DNA of 64,000 bases from Candidatus Poribacteria bacterium (lineage in GTDB: Bacteria; Poribacteria; WGA-4E; UBA9662): positions 1 through 64,000 of the forward strand of contig JAYZAL010000079.1 in the NCBI GenBank assembly GCA_036339735.1, given 5' to 3'. Shown one piece after another: positions 60,861 through 64,000 of this stretch. Position numbers and translations under genes: made by a program. Under the pieces are notes generated by a model. It saw only the letters and a program-made list of their open reading frames with translations, was not told the origin of the DNA and made no database searches. Positions within the stretch are counted from its first letter, which is position 1. The number at the start of each line of letters is the position of its first letter.

Positions 60861-62822
60861 TTAAGCCTTTGCCTCAAACTCTGCTAAGGCTTCACGAGCT
60901 AAACCGCTCCGAACTAGAGCCTCCCAACTATGAATAGGAGAAGATTTAAGTATATTTACCAAATCTTTTTTCAATTGATTTACTATCGGTATGTTTTCGC
61001 TCGTTGGCTCTATGTGAGCCAAACGGGCTAGCGCATCCATGGCAAAACCAACACAGATAACATTTTCATCCGTTTCAATTACTGTTTTCAGCATTTTTAT
61101 CGTTGGCTCTAAAATGTTTTCAATGACTTCAGCCCCATGGGAACAAAGGATCACCATAGACCAGAGAACGTTTTCTCTTACTGCGGAACGTACTGGCTTG
61201 AATCGGTCGCGGCCAAAATCGATTCCATTACCTTCGCAGACATCACAATCATCAGTAGGTCGAACAAATTTGATACTCCGTTGTTGAGCTCTGTCCATCG
61301 CTAATCGATTTTCTTCACGCTCTAAACTTTGAATCAGTGCTTCGAGACACCGGGGAATTAGCGACTGACCGTCGTTCGTACCTACAGCCCGACGCCCAAG
61401 ACAACCGAGTGCTCCCGCAGCCACTGACCGGACGTAAACAGACGGATCGTTTTCTAGACAATTTATTATTACCTCTAAAACTGATTCATTCAAATTACTC
61501 CCATCGCCCAAAGCATATATACTTGCCTTACGGACCCACTTAATTCGGGACCGTGCGGCCGTAAGTAAAAATTCGGTTGCGGATGGCCCAGCTGCAACCA
61601 ATCCGTAGGTGGCTGCCCGGCGGACACTTTCTCTTTCATTGTATAAAGCTTGGCCGAGGGCTTCAATAGCCAGATTGGTGTCGTTCATATTAGCGAGTCT
61701 ATAGGCTGCACCAATACGATCCGGTTCAGCTGAGTTACCTTTTCTGGTTATTTGGTTAGCCAATAGATCAACTTTTTTCTTTCGCTGAACCTCATCTTCT
61801 CCTGCGGTTCCATTTGTAGGTGGTTGACCTTTCCCTGTATGAATCCAGTGGTAATGGTAATCCCATACGGCAGTCAAATCATCATCAACAGAACTCAAAT
61901 CAACCCCCGTCAGTGGGTCAATACCCAACGACGGCCAATCAACAGCAGCCATCGGTTTCTCATTAGGTTCCCTAATTCTAATCGGTGGTTCGCTCGTACG
62001 ATATAGCCAAAATCTCCACATGAAACGTGGATTGTCTTTCCACGTCCTCCAATCATCGCGTCGGTGGTTGCCCCTGTGGAAAGTATTGTGTGAATATAAA
62101 ACTATACTCCCAGCTCTCAATGGAGCAGCTTCAAGAGAATCAACCAGAGGCCAATTCAGATCAGTAACTGCAGACTTCATTCGAATATCATGTTCTGTGC
62201 GTCGGTTAACAATATCCTCTATCTCGTATTTGGAGTTAGGACCACTGACCGGTTGTGCTTCCATACGACTGAGCTGATAATTAAAATCAAGATGATCGGC
62301 CCCAGCGAAGTTATCATGATCTTCCTCATGATTAAAGGTCCAGTAATGTGAGTAAGGTATAGTTGCTGTCGGCCCCATATCTTCATGCACTGCCTGTGGG
62401 TAGTAAAGCATTTCAATTTGTATAGACTGATGATGTCGCTGCTTACGGCTATTATAAGGCCCGTTATCATCTTTATGCCAATGCTGATCATTACTCCCAC
62501 TAGTGAAAGAAGCATTATGTGTGAATGGAACAATAGCCCAATTTTTCCCTACTAACTGATCACAAGCACGAACTAAACCTGGCGAATTGATTACTGTTAG
62601 TACATCTGGTATGGAAGACGGTGTAATGGGCTGTCTATCATTCATGGCTTGTTTTTCTTGTTGATAAATCCGCTCATGAGTTTCAAGTGGTATATCTAAA
62701 CTATCAGGCGATAGAATTACGATTCCTCGACAAGCAAAATCTTGAACTAAGCGCTCTGGGGTAGTATAAGAAAGTGGTGCTAATTCTGGACTAGAAATGA
62801 TCTTTTCGTTATTGTTGCTCAA
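60861..62822 (-). CDS. PhyH-like dioxygenase fused to HEAT repeats
   Basis: WHKD, GPT..IPYSH, AGS.....NTFHR; repeats ESVRRAATYGL, WVRKASIYALG, VYVRSVAAGALG. Confidence 0.8.
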   Translation of the reverse strand: MSNNNEKIISSPELAPLSYTTPERLVQDFACRGIVILSPDSLDIPLETHERIYQQEKQAMNDRQPITPSSIPDVLTVINSPGLVRACDQLVGKNWAIVPFTHNASFTSGSNDQHWHKDDNGPYNSRKQRHHQSIQIEMLYYPQAVHEDMGPTATIPYSHYWTFNHEEDHDNFAGADHLDFNYQLSRMEAQPVSGPNSKYEIEDIVNRRTEHDIRMKSAVTDLNWPLVDSLEAAPLRAGSIVLYSHNTFHRGNHRRDDWRTWKDNPRFMWRFWLYRTSEPPIRIREPNEKPMAAVDWPSLGIDPLTGVDLSSVDDDLTAVWDYHYHWIHTGKGQPPTNGTAGEDEVQRKKKVDLLANQITRKGNSAEPDRIGAAYRLANMNDTNLAIEALGQALYNERESVRRAATYGLVAAGPSATEFLLTAARSRIKWVRKASIYALGDGSNLNESVLEVIINCLENDPSVYVRSVAAGALGCLGRRAVGTNDGQSLIPRCLEALIQSLEREENRLAMDRAQQRSIKFVRPTDDCDVCEGNGIDFGRDRFKPVRSAVRENVLWSMVILCSHGAEVIENILEPTIKMLKTVIETDENVICVGFAMDALARLAHIEPTSENIPIVNQLKKDLVNILKSSPIHSWEALVRSGLAREALAEFEAKA

Positions 62823-62962
62823 TCTACTAATTCTCCGATGATTTAAAAAATAGGATGAGGTAACTTAATTTATGTGGCTTGAGCATTTTAGAGTTATAGC
62901 TTAATTGATGTCAATATCAAATCAAAAATTGCTCATGATATTTTTATTTTTTGGCAATATTG

Positions 62963-64000
62963 TTATAAATGGTTTGTCTTTGGAACTGAACCAATCAAAC
63001 GAAAGACAATGAACAACAGTATAGCTGCCAAAGCAAAACTAATTACGGGTGAAAGACCTAAACTAGCAGGTAAATAACCCACTATCAAGGCCACCAATGC
63101 AACCACCAAACTATATGGAAGCTGGGTTCGTACATGGTGCAGATGATCACATGCACTCGATATAGAACTCATAATAGTGGTATCTGAAATGGGTGAGCAG
63201 TGATCGCCAAAGATAGAACCATCCAGTACAGCACCTAAACAAATCATTGTGGTTAAGCTGTATTTACCCCCTTCTAAAGAAAAAGAAATTGGAACGACTA
63301 TCGGAATTAACAACATCATTGTTCCCCAACTTGTACCAGTTGTGAAGGAAGTGAGTGCTGCCAACAAGAAAACGATAGCTGGGAACCATTTAGGCGAAAC
63401 GTTTTCCCCAATCATTTGACTTAAAAACTCGCTTGTCTGTAACGTGTCACAAACTGACTTTAACATCCAAGCCAACAATAAAATAGCCGTTGGTAATAGC
63501 CCACTCTTCAAACCATGCAGTAAAGCTTTTGTGATTTGACCAATACCTAGTCTAGCAATCGCAATTGCACAAAAGAGCGCGGTTAACAAACCAACCCCAC
63601 TAGCAATTGCTAATACTGTCAAATTTTGCTCTTGAGCAGATACTTCTGAGATTGCTATCTGCCAAGCATTCAATGACCAAATTGAATCTTGACTACCACT
63701 AAAAAACCAGAAAGCTATAAAAATGGTGACGAACAACGAAAAAAGAGGAATTATAGCGGATAGAGAAGAAATTTGAGTCGTAGCTTGGCAGTTAAGATGA
63801 GATAGGTCTTGCGAAGTCATGGGGATCGCATCTTCTGCAAATAGTTGTCCTAATACGGCAGCTCGTTCTTCAGCTTTTCGCATTGGACCAAAATCTCTTC
63901 CTGTTAGTGCATTTATTAAGACAAAAATAATCATTATAAAACAATAAAAACGAAATGGTAATGCATCCAAAAACATCGTATAGCTATCCCGACCAATACC
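62963..64000 (-). CDS. NhaC-family antiporter/permease, 5' end outside the window
   Basis: RDFGPMRKAE, TGTSWGT, GDHCSPISDTTIMSS, HV.TQLPY; frame stays open to the window edge. Confidence 0.9.
   Translation of the reverse strand, partial: GIGRDSYTMFLDALPFRFYCFIMIIFVLINALTGRDFGPMRKAEERAAVLGQLFAEDAIPMTSQDLSHLNCQATTQISSLSAIIPLFSLFVTIFIAFWFFSGSQDSIWSLNAWQIAISEVSAQEQNLTVLAIASGVGLLTALFCAIAIARLGIGQITKALLHGLKSGLLPTAILLLAWMLKSVCDTLQTSEFLSQMIGENVSPKWFPAIVFLLAALTSFTTGTSWGTMMLLIPIVVPISFSLEGGKYSLTTMICLGAVLDGSIFGDHCSPISDTTIMSSISSACDHLHHVRTQLPYSLVVALVALIVGYLPASLGLSPVISFALAAILLFIVFRLIGSVPKTNHL

Overview
AT-rich (about 40% GC by eye), gene-dense bacterial chromosomal segment, probably Candidatus Poribacteria or a close relative. 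That assignment is inferred from a C-terminal AVS..KLATxW motif, a dockerin plus PNPFNPETWIPY tail, three sulfatases, two PhyH dioxygenases and a PSD1/planctomycete cytochrome c protein. The window holds about 44 CDS. Housekeeping genes include mqnD, uvrB, a dnaJ paralogue, leuC, hisF, recO, a moaD-moaE fusion and aroA. It also has a peptide-type ABC transporter, sulfatases with an anaerobic maturase, catabolic enzymes, envelope proteins (TonB receptor, TolC, MFP, OmpA/SPOR protein, secreted metalloprotease) and tRNA-Pro(CGG). I found no CRISPR array, rRNA, integrase or transposase. Most notable: (1) a ~170-nt structured non-coding element starting at a near-consensus promoter in front of an atypical voltage-gated K+ channel; (2) an orphan 841-aa TRAFAC GTPase resembling conflict-system GTPases; (3) a 44-bp perfect nested palindrome on a promoter; (4) three sigma-54-type promoters, one with a tandem enhancer dyad. 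All calls come from reading motifs by eye; no database searches were run.
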